The notes: generated by a model not told the origin, from the sequence alone. Shown: positions 40,204-50,082, numbered from the stretch's first letter. The stretch: 64,000 bases of DNA from Acidimicrobiia bacterium (GCA_040881685.1 JBBECS010000050.1:9779-73778); one strand, 5' to 3'. A program made the numbers and translations.

Positions 40204-40785
40204 ATGAGCACGAGCCAGGGGACCTTCGACGAGGCACGCGAAGGCGGCGGCTCTGCCGACCGCCAAAGCACGAGTCCGAGCCTGCGGGGGCGACCAGACG
40301 AAGTTGGTGATGGGCTGGGCTGGAGCGGGCCCAACGTCTGCGACATCGTCGGGATCACGTACCGCCAACTCGACTACTGGGACAGCACCGACCTGCTGAA
40401 GCCCTCGTTGGCTCCGGCGGCCGGGAGCGGGACCCATCGCCGGTACTCGTATCGCGACCTGGTGCAGCTCAAGGTCATCAAGGGCCTGCTCGATGCCGGC
40501 GTGCGCCTCCAGACCGCTCGCAAGGTCATCGAATCGTTGCGCAGCGAGCGCGGCGGCGACTGGCAAACCGCGAGCCTCGTGATCGACGGCACCAACACGG
40601 TGCTCGCACGCGACGGCGAGCACCTCTTCGATCTCGTGCGCACCGGCCAGGGCGTCTTCAACGTGGTCCCGGTCGGCAACATGGTGCAAGAGCTCGACGC
40701 CGCCATCCACCGGCTCGCGTTGCCAGGGTCGGCCGGTCACGCGACGGCGACCGAGCCCGAGCAGCGGGCAGCCGACGGGGGCTGA
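40204..40785 (+). CDS. MerR-family regulator (Rv1830-like)
   Basis: GITYRQLDYW, GSGTHRRYSYRD, LVRTGQGVF. Confidence 0.9.
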   Translation: MSTSQGTFDEAREGGGSADRQSTSPSLRGRPDEVGDGLGWSGPNVCDIVGITYRQLDYWDSTDLLKPSLAPAAGSGTHRRYSYRDLVQLKVIKGLLDAGVRLQTARKVIESLRSERGGDWQTASLVIDGTNTVLARDGEHLFDLVRTGQGVFNVVPVGNMVQELDAAIHRLALPGSAGHATATEPEQRAADGG

Positions 40786-40795
40786 ACGCGACCCG

Positions 40796-41233
40796 ATGAG
40801 CACGGACCTGCCGCACGAGCAGGTTCGGTTCGCGCACAACTCGGAGCGGCAGTTCGCGAAGCTGCTCGACTTCTACGGCATCGCGTGGGAGTACGAACCG
40901 CGCACGTTCACGTTGGAGCGTGACCGCCAGGGCAACCCGGTGCAGGCGTTCACCCCCGACTTCTACCTCCCGACGTACGACGTCTTCATCGAGATCACCA
41001 CCCTCAACCAGAAGCTCGTCACAAAGAAGAACCGAAAGGCGCGCCGGCTCCAGGAACAGCACCCGGAGGTCCAGGTGAAGGTGCTCTACCAACGCGACTA
41101 CCTCCACTTGCTGGTGAAGTACGGCCTGGAGCCACCCGAGCAGCTCAGTGACATCGGCGGGGCTCCACCGACGCGTCTCGACCTCCGCCCGGAGCCGCGT
41201 CGAGCGCCAGGATCCGCGGCCGAGACCGCCTGA
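40796..41233 (+). CDS. Hypothetical PD-(D/E)XK-like protein
   Basis: FAHNSERQFAKLLD..WEYEP..FTPDFYLP..FIEIT, resembling the T7-endonuclease-I-type core. Confidence 0.7.
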   Translation: MSTDLPHEQVRFAHNSERQFAKLLDFYGIAWEYEPRTFTLERDRQGNPVQAFTPDFYLPTYDVFIEITTLNQKLVTKKNRKARRLQEQHPEVQVKVLYQRDYLHLLVKYGLEPPEQLSDIGGAPPTRLDLRPEPRRAPGSAAETA

Positions 41234-41257
41234 GTCATCCCTCCTGAGTCATCCCTC
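41229..41257 (+). repeat. Exact 14-bp tandem duplication (CTGAGTCATCCCTC twice)
   Basis: Seen directly; overlaps the stop codon of the upstream gene. Confidence 0.85.
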
Positions 41258-41258
41258 T

Positions 41259-41320
41259 CCGAGCAGCCGAGCGCCCCGTTGGGCGGGCTCGGGTACCCCG
41301 AGCCCGAGCGAGCGCGACCA
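41259..41320 (+). repeat. 62-bp structured intergenic element, copy B
   Basis: CCGAGCAGCCGA-N11-GG-CGGGCTCGGG-TAC-CCCGAGCCCG-AGCGAGCGCGACCA. Confidence 0.75.
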
Positions 41321-41340
41321 GGGATTTAGGCTCCGACGCC

Positions 41341-42408
41341 GTGAGTCAACTGCGCCACAGCCCGCTCGACGCGGAGCATCGTGCGCTCGGCGCGCGCCTG
41401 GTCGAGTTCGGCGGCTGGGAGATGCCGATCCAGTACACGAGCGTGCTCGAAGAGCACCGCGCGTGCCGCCAGCACGCGGTGGCGTTCGACGTCTCGCATC
41501 TCGGATCGCTCCGGGTCACGGGCGCTGGCGCGCACGCACTCCTCCAACAGGCCTTCACGAACGATCTCGGTCGGATCGGGCCGGGCCGGGCTCAGTACAC
41601 CCACTTGCTCGACCCCGACGACGCCCACGTCGTGGACGACATCATCGTGTGGTGGCTCACGGACGACGACTTCATCGTCATGCCCAACGCGTCGAACACG
41701 GCTCGGATCGTCGACGCGTTGGGCGATCCGGGCGGTTGCTCGGTCGAGGACATCACCTCGTCCCGGGCGATCATCGCGGTCCAAGGTCCAGAGGCGCGCG
41801 CGAAGCTGACGGCAGCGGTGCCCGCCGCGGCCGACGTCCCGCACTTCGCCGTCGAGGCGGTCGACTACGACGGAGCGCCCGGTTTCGCAGCCGGCACCGG
41901 GTACACGGGCGAAGACGGTGTCGAGCTGCACGTGCCAGTCGAAGCTGCGGCCAGCGTGTGGCGCGCCGTGTTGGCGGGCGGTGTTCAGCCGGCCGGGCTC
42001 GGTGCTCGTGACACGCTGCGCCTCGAGGCAGGCCTCCCACTCCACGGCCACGAGCTCGGGCCGGGCATCACGCCGCTCCAGGCCGGTCTGTCCTGGGTCG
42101 TGCGGTTCGACAAGGGCGACTTCCGCGGGCGCGATGTGTTGCTCGCCGAGAAGGAGCGCGGGGTCGAGCGCCGGTTGCGCGGCCTTCTCGTCGACGGCCG
42201 CCAGATCCCACGCGAAGGCTGCGCGGTCATGATCGACGGCACGGAAGTCGGCCAGGTCACGAGCGGCAACTTCTCACCGATGCTCGAGCAGGGGATCGCG
42301 CTGGCGTTCCTCCCGCCCGACGCCGCCGAAGGCACCAAGGTCGAGATCGACGTGCGCGGCCGCACCATCTCCGCACAGGTGGTGAAGCCGCCGTTCTTCG
42401 GCCGGTGA
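41341..42408 (+). CDS. gcvT: Glycine cleavage system T protein
   Basis: [39 protein letters not shown]. Confidence 0.97.
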   Translation: MSQLRHSPLDAEHRALGARLVEFGGWEMPIQYTSVLEEHRACRQHAVAFDVSHLGSLRVTGAGAHALLQQAFTNDLGRIGPGRAQYTHLLDPDDAHVVDDIIVWWLTDDDFIVMPNASNTARIVDALGDPGGCSVEDITSSRAIIAVQGPEARAKLTAAVPAAADVPHFAVEAVDYDGAPGFAAGTGYTGEDGVELHVPVEAAASVWRAVLAGGVQPAGLGARDTLRLEAGLPLHGHELGPGITPLQAGLSWVVRFDKGDFRGRDVLLAEKERGVERRLRGLLVDGRQIPREGCAVMIDGTEVGQVTSGNFSPMLEQGIALAFLPPDAAEGTKVEIDVRGRTISAQVVKPPFFGR

Positions 42409-42444
42409 GGGGCCGCGGCTAGCCTCGGGGCTGCACAGCCGTCG

Positions 42445-42620
42445 ACCCTGGGCGGGAGAGCCCGCTGCACGCGGGCGCCGAAGGAGCAACCACTCCCCGG
42501 AACCTCTCAGGCACCAGGACCGCCCGGGCGAGGCAACGCTGGAGAGTAGGTGCGAGAGCACCTCACCGAAGGGGAAAGCCGGCGAGCGCCGGCGAATCTC
42601 TCAGGTACCGCGACAGCGGG
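42445..42620 (+). ncRNA. Tandem glycine riboswitch
   Basis: Two aptamers, each GGAGAG..CCGAAGG..CTCTCAGG, directly upstream of gcvP. Confidence 0.95.
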
Positions 42621-42676
42621 GGAGCCGAGGGTCACGACGAGTGGCTCGCTGGCACGTCGCGGACGGAGATCCCCAG

Positions 42677-45547
42677 ATGACCACACTCCCGGAGCTGGAA
42701 GAGCCCGACGCCTTCGTGCGTCGGCACATCGGTCCGGACGACGCCGAGCAGCGCGAGATGCTCGACCTGCTCGAGTACACGTCACTCGACGGGCTCACGG
42801 ACCACGCCGTGCCCGTCACGATCCGTGATCGAACACCGCTGGCGCTACCGGACGCGTGCGACGAAGTCACCGCGCTCGAGCTGTTGCACGAGCTCGTGGC
42901 GCGCAACACCATCGCGACCTCACTGATCGGCATGGGCTACTCGGGCACGGTCACGCCCAACGTGATCCTGCGCAACGTGCTCGAGAACCCAGCCTGGTAC
43001 ACCGCGTACACGCCGTATCAGCCCGAGATCTCCCAGGGTCGTCTCGAAGCGCTCCTGAACTTCCAGACCATGGTGACGGACCTGACGGGGATGGAGATCG
43101 CCAACGCCTCGCTGCTCGATGAGGGCACCGCCGCCGCCGAAGCCATGACGTTGTGCCACCGCATGAACCCCGACGCGGGCACGACGTTCTTCGTCGATGC
43201 CGACTGCCATCCTCAGACGATCGCGGTCGTCGAGACGCGCGCGATGCCGTTGGGGCTCGACGTTCGCGTCGGTAATGCCGAGGCCGACGTCCCGCCCGAC
43301 GGGGTGTTCGGCGCGTTGATCCAGCAGCCCGGCAGCAGCGGCGTGCTGCGCGACCTCAGCCCCCTCGTCGACCGCCTGCACGGCCAAGGCGCGCTCGCGG
43401 CGGTCGCGGCCGATCTCCTCGCGCTGGCGGTGATCGTTCCGCCGGGGGAGCAGGGCGCCGACGTCGTCGTCGGGTCATCGCAACGGTTCGGCGTGCCCCT
43501 TGGCTACGGCGGCCCGCACGCCGCGTTCATCGCCACCCGCAGCGAGTACCAGCGGAGCCTGCCGGGTCGCCTGGTCGGCGTCTCGGTGGACTCGGGCGGC
43601 CGCCCCGCGTTCCGGCTCGCGCTCCAGACTCGGGAGCAGCACATTCGTCGTGAGAAGGCGACGAGCAACATCTGCACCGCGCAGGTGCTGCTGGCCGTGA
43701 TGGCCGGGCTCTACGGCGTGTACCACGGACCCGACGGGATCCGCGCGATCGCGCGCCGAATCCACCGGTTGACCGCTGTGCTGGCCACCGGGCTGCGCGA
43801 CGCCGGGATCGACGTGATGCACGACGCCTTCTTCGACACCGTGACCGTGCGTGTGCCTGGTCGAGCGGCGGCGATCGCCACCGGTGCGCGCGCACGCGAA
43901 ATCAACCTCCGCGAGGTGAACCGAGACACGCTCGGCATCTCACTGGACGAGACGACCACCCGCCGCGTGGTGCAACAGGTGTGGGAGGCATTCGGGATCT
44001 CGGCCGCGGTCGACGACGTCGACGCTCACACCGAGGTTGCGATCCCTGCGGCCCTTGCACGCACGTCCGACTTCATGACCCACCCGGTGTTCCACTCGCA
44101 CCGTTCGGAGACCGCGATGCTGCGCTACCTCCGACGGCTCGCGGATCGCGATCTCGCGCTGGACCGCACGATGATCCCGCTCGGTTCGTGCACGATGAAG
44201 CTGAACGCGACCGTGGAGATGATCCCGGTCACCTGGCCGGGGTTCGGGTCGATCCACCCGTTTGCGCCGGTCGACCAGGTCGGCGGCTACCTCGAGCTGT
44301 TCGCCGACCTCGAGACGTGGTTGTGCGAGATCACCGGGTACGACGCGGTGTCGCTCCAGCCCAACGCGGGCTCACAGGGGGAGCTCGCCGGTCTCCTCGC
44401 GATCCGCTCGTACCACCGCAGCAGGGGGGAGGAGCACCGCAACGTCTGTCTCATCCCGGCATCCGCGCACGGGACGAACGCGGCGAGCGCAGCCATGGCC
44501 GCCATGCGCGTGGTCGTCGTGAGCTGCGACCACCACGGCAACGTCGATGTCGACGACTTGAAGACCAAGGCCCACGAGCACGCCGACACGCTGGCCGCGC
44601 TGATGGTCACATACCCATCGACGCACGGCGTCTTCGAGGAGCAGATCCGAGACGTGTGCGCGGTCGTGCACGAGCACGGCGGCCAGGTGTACCTCGACGG
44701 CGCCAACCTGAACGCGCTCGTCGGCGTCGCGAAGCCGGGACACTTCGGTGCCGACGTATCGCACCTCAACCTGCACAAGACCTTCTGCATCCCTCACGGC
44801 GGGGGTGGACCCGGCGTCGGACCGGTGGCAGTGCGCGCGCACCTTGCGCCGTTCCTGCCCAACCACCCACTCGTGGCCGAAGCCGGACCAGCGACCGGCG
44901 TGGGCCCGATCTCCGCGGCGCCGTGGGGATCGGCCGGCATCCTGCCGATCTCGTGGGCGTACATCCGCTTGATGGGCGGGCCCGGACTGCTGCGCGCCAC
45001 CCAGGTGGCGATCCTGAGCGCCAACTACGTCGCCCGGCGGCTCCACGAGCACTACCCGGTCCTCTACGCGGGCCCCGAAGGACTCGTCGCCCACGAGTGC
45101 ATCCTCGACCTGCGCGCGATCACTCACGACACCGGCGTCACTGCCGAGGACGTGGCGAAGCGGCTCATCGACTTCGGCTTCCACGCGCCGACGATGTCGT
45201 TCCCGGTCGCAGGCACGCTCATGGTCGAGCCGACCGAGTCGGAGAGCAAGCACGAGCTGGATCGCTTCTGCGACGCGATGATCGCCATCCGGTCGGAGAT
45301 CGGGCGGGTCGAGCGAGGGGAGTGCTCCGTCGAGGACAGTCCCCTGCGTCACGCGCCGCACCCGGCCGGCGACGTCGTCACCGACCAATGGTCCCGCGCG
45401 TACTCGCGTGACGAGGCCGCCTTCCCAACCGGCGGATCGCCCGATGACAAGTACTGGCCACCGGTCAGCCGCATCGACAACGCGTACGGGGACCGCAACC
45501 TCTTCTGCTCATGCCCGCCGATTGAGGCCTACGCCGAAAGGGAATGA
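42677..45547 (+). CDS. gcvP: Glycine dehydrogenase (decarboxylating), P protein
   Basis: [51 protein letters not shown]. Confidence 0.98.
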   Translation: MTTLPELEEPDAFVRRHIGPDDAEQREMLDLLEYTSLDGLTDHAVPVTIRDRTPLALPDACDEVTALELLHELVARNTIATSLIGMGYSGTVTPNVILRNVLENPAWYTAYTPYQPEISQGRLEALLNFQTMVTDLTGMEIANASLLDEGTAAAEAMTLCHRMNPDAGTTFFVDADCHPQTIAVVETRAMPLGLDVRVGNAEADVPPDGVFGALIQQPGSSGVLRDLSPLVDRLHGQGALAAVAADLLALAVIVPPGEQGADVVVGSSQRFGVPLGYGGPHAAFIATRSEYQRSLPGRLVGVSVDSGGRPAFRLALQTREQHIRREKATSNICTAQVLLAVMAGLYGVYHGPDGIRAIARRIHRLTAVLATGLRDAGIDVMHDAFFDTVTVRVPGRAAAIATGARAREINLREVNRDTLGISLDETTTRRVVQQVWEAFGISAAVDDVDAHTEVAIPAALARTSDFMTHPVFHSHRSETAMLRYLRRLADRDLALDRTMIPLGSCTMKLNATVEMIPVTWPGFGSIHPFAPVDQVGGYLELFADLETWLCEITGYDAVSLQPNAGSQGELAGLLAIRSYHRSRGEEHRNVCLIPASAHGTNAASAAMAAMRVVVVSCDHHGNVDVDDLKTKAHEHADTLAALMVTYPSTHGVFEEQIRDVCAVVHEHGGQVYLDGANLNALVGVAKPGHFGADVSHLNLHKTFCIPHGGGGPGVGPVAVRAHLAPFLPNHPLVAEAGPATGVGPISAAPWGSAGILPISWAYIRLMGGPGLLRATQVAILSANYVARRLHEHYPVLYAGPEGLVAHECILDLRAITHDTGVTAEDVAKRLIDFGFHAPTMSFPVAGTLMVEPTESESKHELDRFCDAMIAIRSEIGRVERGECSVEDSPLRHAPHPAGDVVTDQWSRAYSRDEAAFPTGGSPDDKYWPPVSRIDNAYGDRNLFCSCPPIEAYAERE

Positions 45548-45554
45548 CGGGTTC

Positions 45555-46445
45555 GTGATCACCGCACAGCCAGGAATCTTCGCTCAGGGCACGCGCTCGC
45601 AGTACCACCTCGAGTTCGACGTGCGTCCCGGCACCAAGCCGGCAGCCGTCGCCGCAGCCGTCGCCAAGCTGCGCGAGCCGCTCGTCACCTCAGGCGGCAC
45701 GAACATCGTGGTCGGGTTCCGCGCCGACCTCTGGCGCAGCATCGCGCCGGACAACACGCCCGAGAACGCGCACGACTTCGCAGGCATCGAAGGCGACGGA
45801 CGGCGCGTGCCGGCGACACCGCATGACCTGTGGGTCTGGCTGCACGGCACCGGCCCCGACGTGCTGCTCGACAACGCCCGCGCCGTGGGGGCCGCGCTCG
45901 CACCGGTCGCGGAGCTCGCGCAGGAAGAGCCCTGCTTCGTGTACCTCGACAGCCGTGACCTCAGCGGCTTCATCGACGGCACCGAGAACCCTCCGGTCGA
46001 AGACGCACCGGACGTCGCGCTCGTCCCCACCGGTGCACCAGGGGAGGGCGGCTCCCACGTCATCACCATGAAGTGGGTCCACGACCTCGCCAAGCTCCAC
46101 GCCCTCTCCGTCGAGGAGCAGGAGGCCGTCATCGGCCGCACCAAGCCCGACAGCCAAGAACGCGACGACAAGCCCGACACCGCCCACATCAGCAGAGTCG
46201 TCGTAGAAGACGAGAACGGCGAAGAGCTAGAGATCTACCGCCGCAGCGTCCCCTACGGCCGCATCAACGAGCTCGGCCTCTACTTCGTAGCCTTCAGCAA
46301 CGACCCCACAAAGTTCGAGATCATGCTCGCCAGAATGTTCGGCACAGCCGACGACACACACGACCACCTCACCGACTTCACCAAACCAGTCAGCGCAGCC
46401 TTCTACTTCGCCCCGTCACTCACAGCCCTACGCGACCTGGCGTAG
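45555..46445 (+). CDS. Dyp-type peroxidase
   Basis: GFIDGTENP, HISR, IYRRSVPYG, GLYFVAF. Confidence 0.92.
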   Translation: MITAQPGIFAQGTRSQYHLEFDVRPGTKPAAVAAAVAKLREPLVTSGGTNIVVGFRADLWRSIAPDNTPENAHDFAGIEGDGRRVPATPHDLWVWLHGTGPDVLLDNARAVGAALAPVAELAQEEPCFVYLDSRDLSGFIDGTENPPVEDAPDVALVPTGAPGEGGSHVITMKWVHDLAKLHALSVEEQEAVIGRTKPDSQERDDKPDTAHISRVVVEDENGEELEIYRRSVPYGRINELGLYFVAFSNDPTKFEIMLARMFGTADDTHDHLTDFTKPVSAAFYFAPSLTALRDLA

Positions 46446-46495
46446 CGGCGCATCTCGCCCTCCCGCGTTCTCCAGCAGCCCGCCAAAGTCTGGCA

Positions 46496-46523
46496 ACTTG
46501 ACATAACGAGGCTTATCGGCACT
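46496..46523 (-). other. dif: dif site (XerCD chromosome-dimer resolution site)
   Basis: Minus strand AGTGCCGATAA-GCCTCG-TTATGTCAAGT (11-6-11), matching the actinobacterial dif pattern; lies between convergent genes at the strand-bias switch. Confidence 0.9.
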
Positions 46524-46530
46524 TCGGCGC

Positions 46531-46947
46531 TCAGCCTTCACCGGCCAGCACGCCGCAGTCCCCCAGGAAGTCGAGCAGGCCGGGCGCCAGGTTCTGGTCA
46601 CCGAGCTCGTCGACAGGCGTCCAGGCGGCTTCTGTGGCGTCGTCGCCGGCGATCAGTGAGGTGTCTGGTTCGAGGACCGTGACGGCAAAGTCCAGGATCA
46701 CGAAGTGCGGCCCGCCCGGCGCGTCGTGGATGCGCTCGACCCAGCCGAGGAAGCGGTCGACGACCACGGGGATCCCGGCTTCTTCCGCCACCTCTCGGAT
46801 CACCGCCTCGTGCAGGGTCTCGCCGAGCTCGACCCGCCCGCCCGGTACCGACCATGTGCCCGCCGCGGGGCCGTGACCACGACGCACCAGGAGGATCCGC
46901 CCGGCGTGGAGCGCCACAGCGCCCACGGCGACCTGCGGCGCGTTCAC
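46531..46947 (-). CDS. NUDIX hydrolase
   Basis: WSVPGGRVELGETLHEAVIREVAEEAG, AGDDA. Confidence 0.9.
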   Translation of the reverse strand: MNAPQVAVGAVALHAGRILLVRRGHGPAAGTWSVPGGRVELGETLHEAVIREVAEEAGIPVVVDRFLGWVERIHDAPGGPHFVILDFAVTVLEPDTSLIAGDDATEAAWTPVDELGDQNLAPGLLDFLGDCGVLAGEG

Positions 46948-47420
46948 TCTGAGGAGCGCAGGGATCGGTGCATCACGAGTGACCGCGCGGTGAAACCCTG
47001 CTCTTCGAAGAAGTTCTTGGTCGCGCGGTGGCCGGGGAGTGCCATCGTGTCGATGCCGATGCACCCGCGCTCGGTGCAGAAGTCGATCAACGTCGCGGCC
47101 ATCGCCTCCCCCACACCCACCGACCGTGCGCCGGCCTCCACGAACAGCTCGGTCACGCGACCGAGTCGCTCCCCCGTACGCATCGTCTCGATCTCAGCGA
47201 CGCCGAAGCCCACGGCCGAGGCATCGATCGCGCCCACGACGACCAGCGCATCCTGGTGGTCGATCAGCGGCTGATACGTCTCGTCGAGCGGCTCGGGTCG
47301 TGCTTCACGGGCGAGCCACACGTCACCGCCGCGCATCGATCCGAGCTCTTCGCGCAACCCCTGCGCGAGGCGAACGATCTCCTCGAGATCGTCGGGGGTC
47401 GCGCGCCGGCAGCTCTCCAC
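46944..47420 (-). CDS. GNAT family acetyltransferase
   Basis: ELFVEAGARSVGVGEAM, ALPG.RATKNFFE..GF. Confidence 0.85.
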   Translation of the reverse strand: MESCRRATPDDLEEIVRLAQGLREELGSMRGGDVWLAREARPEPLDETYQPLIDHQDALVVVGAIDASAVGFGVAEIETMRTGERLGRVTELFVEAGARSVGVGEAMAATLIDFCTERGCIGIDTMALPGHRATKNFFEEQGFTARSLVMHRSLRSSE

Positions 47421-47422
47421 GG

Positions 47423-47971
47423 TCAGGAGCCGCGCGTGAGCTGTTCGATCTTCCCGAGGATGGTGTTGCGCGCGCGGTGTGCGGCCTCGTACTCGCGGAT
47501 CGCCTCGAGGTCGGTGCTGGACAGGTCGTCGAGGTGGTCCACGACCTGGGATGCCGAGAGGTCGTCGTACCCCGGGATCGCGAGGTCGCCCCGATCGCGG
47601 TTCCGGGTGACGGCACCCGCCGCGTCCCGGTCGGCGCATTCGGCCACGTCGGCCGCGTCGGACGTGCCTGCGTCCGTCACTCCGAGCGCTACGAGCGCTT
47701 CCTCGGCTTTCTCGCGCAGCGCAGCAAGGCCGGTCGAGAGCACCCGCAGGACCTCTGGTCCGCCGTCGGTCGCCGCGGTCTCGCCAAGCGTGCGCACCTG
47801 ATCGATCTGCTCACCGACCGACTTGCGGCGTTGGTCGAGCTCGGTGCGGCCGCGGGCCACGAACATGCGCATGAACTGGGGCGCGCTGTCGCGCAGGAAG
47901 AGCGCCAAGCCGACGGGTCCGTAGACGAGCAGCTCCTTGGCCCGCTCGACGGTCGCGTTTTCGTCGCTCAC
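47423..47971 (-). CDS. Hypothetical protein with a C-terminal actinobacterial helical domain
   Basis: IPGYDDLSASQVV..L..LEAIREYEAAHRARNTILGKIEQL. Confidence 0.7.
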   Translation of the reverse strand: MSDENATVERAKELLVYGPVGLALFLRDSAPQFMRMFVARGRTELDQRRKSVGEQIDQVRTLGETAATDGGPEVLRVLSTGLAALREKAEEALVALGVTDAGTSDAADVAECADRDAAGAVTRNRDRGDLAIPGYDDLSASQVVDHLDDLSSTDLEAIREYEAAHRARNTILGKIEQLTRGS

Positions 47972-49458
47972 GAGCCGGAGTCTACGGCTGTCCTCCAGCG
48001 AGCTCGTACTCCCCCGAGCACCGTCACGGCGACGAGCGCGAGCCCGCACACGACCAGCGCCCAATCACCGAAGCGCACATACGGCGTCTGGCCGGTCGTC
48101 GTCTGCACGGTCCCCGACGTGATCCGGTTCTCGAAGAGTTCGCTGGTGTCGTGAACGCGACCATCGGGTTCGATCACGCCGGTGATCCCCGAGATCGAGG
48201 CGTGGAGCACCGGCCGGCCCGTCTCAGCCGCGCGCATCTGACTCAGCGCAAGATGCTGCGCCGAGAGTCCTGATCGCCGGTATGACCGGTTGTTCGTCGT
48301 GACGACGATGAGCTCGGCGCCGTCGCGGACGAAGCCGCGAACGAGGGGCGCGAACGCGGACTCGTAACAGATCACCGTTCCGAAGTCATGGCCACCTGCT
48401 CGGAACATCACTCGCTCGGTCCCTCGTTCGTAGTCGAACGGGATCCGATCGAGCTCCTCGATGAACGGGAGCAGATCTCGCAGCGGGACGTACTCGCCGT
48501 ACGGGACGAGGTGCTGCTTGGCGTAGATGCCTTGGAGCTCTCCATCGGGGTCGTACGCGAGATTGCTGTTGGAGAGCCTCCCGCGAGCGGTCAGGACCCT
48601 GGCGTTTGCCAGCACGACGGCATCGTGGGCTTCGGCGACCGCGAGCAGCGCCGCTCGGACGTCGCGAAACCGCGTGGGATCCCGCTCGAGCGCGGACTCT
48701 GGGAACACGATCAGGTCGTATTCTCCGCGCAGCCGCGCTGCGAGCTCGAGGTGGTGGCGCATCAGAAAGTCACTGCGGATCTCAGCGGTCGTCAGATCGC
48801 GGTTCTGATCGAGCCCCTGCAGCAGCGCGAACCGCAGATCGCCCGTGACCTCCGGCTCGTAGCGCGCGACGCTCGCAACCACGGTGCACGCGACCAGCGC
48901 CGAAAGCCCCACACCAGCCCAGGCCAGACGCGTCTGCGTTCTGTGACGCACCGAATCGATCGCGTCGAGCACCAAGCCGTTGAACACGACGACGACGAAC
49001 GAGACGAGCGTGACCCCACCGAGGCTAGCGAACACCCGCGCGACCGGGATGTCGTGCAAAGCCGCGCCGATCTCACCCCAGGGCACGCCTCCGAATGGAA
49101 TGCGTCCCCGCGCCCCTTCGACCACCACCCAGACCGCGCCGATCAGCCAGGGCGTGCGCAGGCCTCGCCGCTCCAACACGGCGACGATCCCTCCCGCGAT
49201 GGCAATGAATGCGGCCTCACCAACGACAGCCACGAGGACCGCGACAACGCCGAAGTACCGAGTCCACTCGAGCAGGACACCGAAGAACGCGAGGCCGAAC
49301 AAGAACCCGTACAACGCGGCTCGCGCCGGGGTCGAACCGCGCCACGCCCACAGGAGTGGGACCAGAGCGACGAGCGCGGCCGGCCCGAGATCAACCGGTG
49401 GAAAGGAGATGCCGAGAACGATTCCTGCGGCGACACACGCGAGCGCGCGATCTCGCAC
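47968..49458 (-). CDS. lnt: Apolipoprotein N-acyltransferase
   Basis: PFGGVPW, FPESA, KQHLVPYGEY, VICYES (E-K-C triad). Confidence 0.95.
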   Translation of the reverse strand: MRDRALACVAAGIVLGISFPPVDLGPAALVALVPLLWAWRGSTPARAALYGFLFGLAFFGVLLEWTRYFGVVAVLVAVVGEAAFIAIAGGIVAVLERRGLRTPWLIGAVWVVVEGARGRIPFGGVPWGEIGAALHDIPVARVFASLGGVTLVSFVVVVFNGLVLDAIDSVRHRTQTRLAWAGVGLSALVACTVVASVARYEPEVTGDLRFALLQGLDQNRDLTTAEIRSDFLMRHHLELAARLRGEYDLIVFPESALERDPTRFRDVRAALLAVAEAHDAVVLANARVLTARGRLSNSNLAYDPDGELQGIYAKQHLVPYGEYVPLRDLLPFIEELDRIPFDYERGTERVMFRAGGHDFGTVICYESAFAPLVRGFVRDGAELIVVTTNNRSYRRSGLSAQHLALSQMRAAETGRPVLHASISGITGVIEPDGRVHDTSELFENRITSGTVQTTTGQTPYVRFGDWALVVCGLALVAVTVLGGVRARWRTAVDSGS

Positions 49459-49487
49459 GCCCGAAGCGCTCTTCGTGGTGCTCCGGC

Positions 49488-49973
49488 TCAGGCGCAGTCG
49501 CGGCAGAGCATCCGCGGTTCGTCAGCGAGTTGGGTTCGTGGGAGCACGAGGAAGCACGACGAGCACAGGAACTCACCCGGACGGCGGGGCATGATCTTGG
49601 TCGGCCCCTCGCCGCGGTCGTCGAGCTCAACCTCCTCCTCCTCGACCTCCTCTTCCTCGTCCTCCATCGTGGCGGCCGCGGTCTTCTCTTTGAGCAACGC
49701 ATCCAGCGGCGCTTCGACGTCGTCGGGATGCAGCTCCTCGTCAAGGTCGAGACCGTCCTCTTCCTCGTCGTCGTCGCTCTTGGGCTCGGGCACAGCGACG
49801 ACCGCGGCCACGACGGCTTCACCGTCGACCACCGGGATCACGTCGGGGTCGAGCGCTTCATCGAGATCCACGACATCGATGTCATCGTCGAGCGCATCGT
49901 CGTCGAGATCCTCCTCATCGAGATCCTCGTCGGGCGCATCGTCTTCGGCGTCCTCGAACTCTTCGTCGCTCAT
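49488..49973 (-). CDS. DUF4193 family protein (very acidic N-terminus, C-terminal Cys cluster)
   Basis: D/E-rich run, then PRRPGEFLCSSCFLV..QLAD..CRDC. Confidence 0.8.
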   Translation of the reverse strand: MSDEEFEDAEDDAPDEDLDEEDLDDDALDDDIDVVDLDEALDPDVIPVVDGEAVVAAVVAVPEPKSDDDEEEDGLDLDEELHPDDVEAPLDALLKEKTAAATMEDEEEEVEEEEVELDDRGEGPTKIMPRRPGEFLCSSCFLVLPRTQLADEPRMLCRDCA

Positions 49974-50082
49974 GTGCTCGATCTCCGGCCCGGTGCCGGG
50001 CTCATCAGGGGCCGGAGCATAATCCCGCGCCCGGTCCGCGACGCCGGAACCCGGGGATCGCCACGCACATTCCCGCGGCGCC

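Noticed and set aside
33637-41320. 62-bp elements or GGAGCGAA repeats as a CRISPR array
   Set aside because: There is no regular repeat-spacer periodicity and no cas genes.
45555-46445. Dyp as encapsulin cargo, or the A-rich 3' end as a DGR variable region
   Set aside because: There is no C-terminal targeting peptide and no encapsulin gene. There is also no reverse transcriptase or template repeat, and the changes are synonymous.
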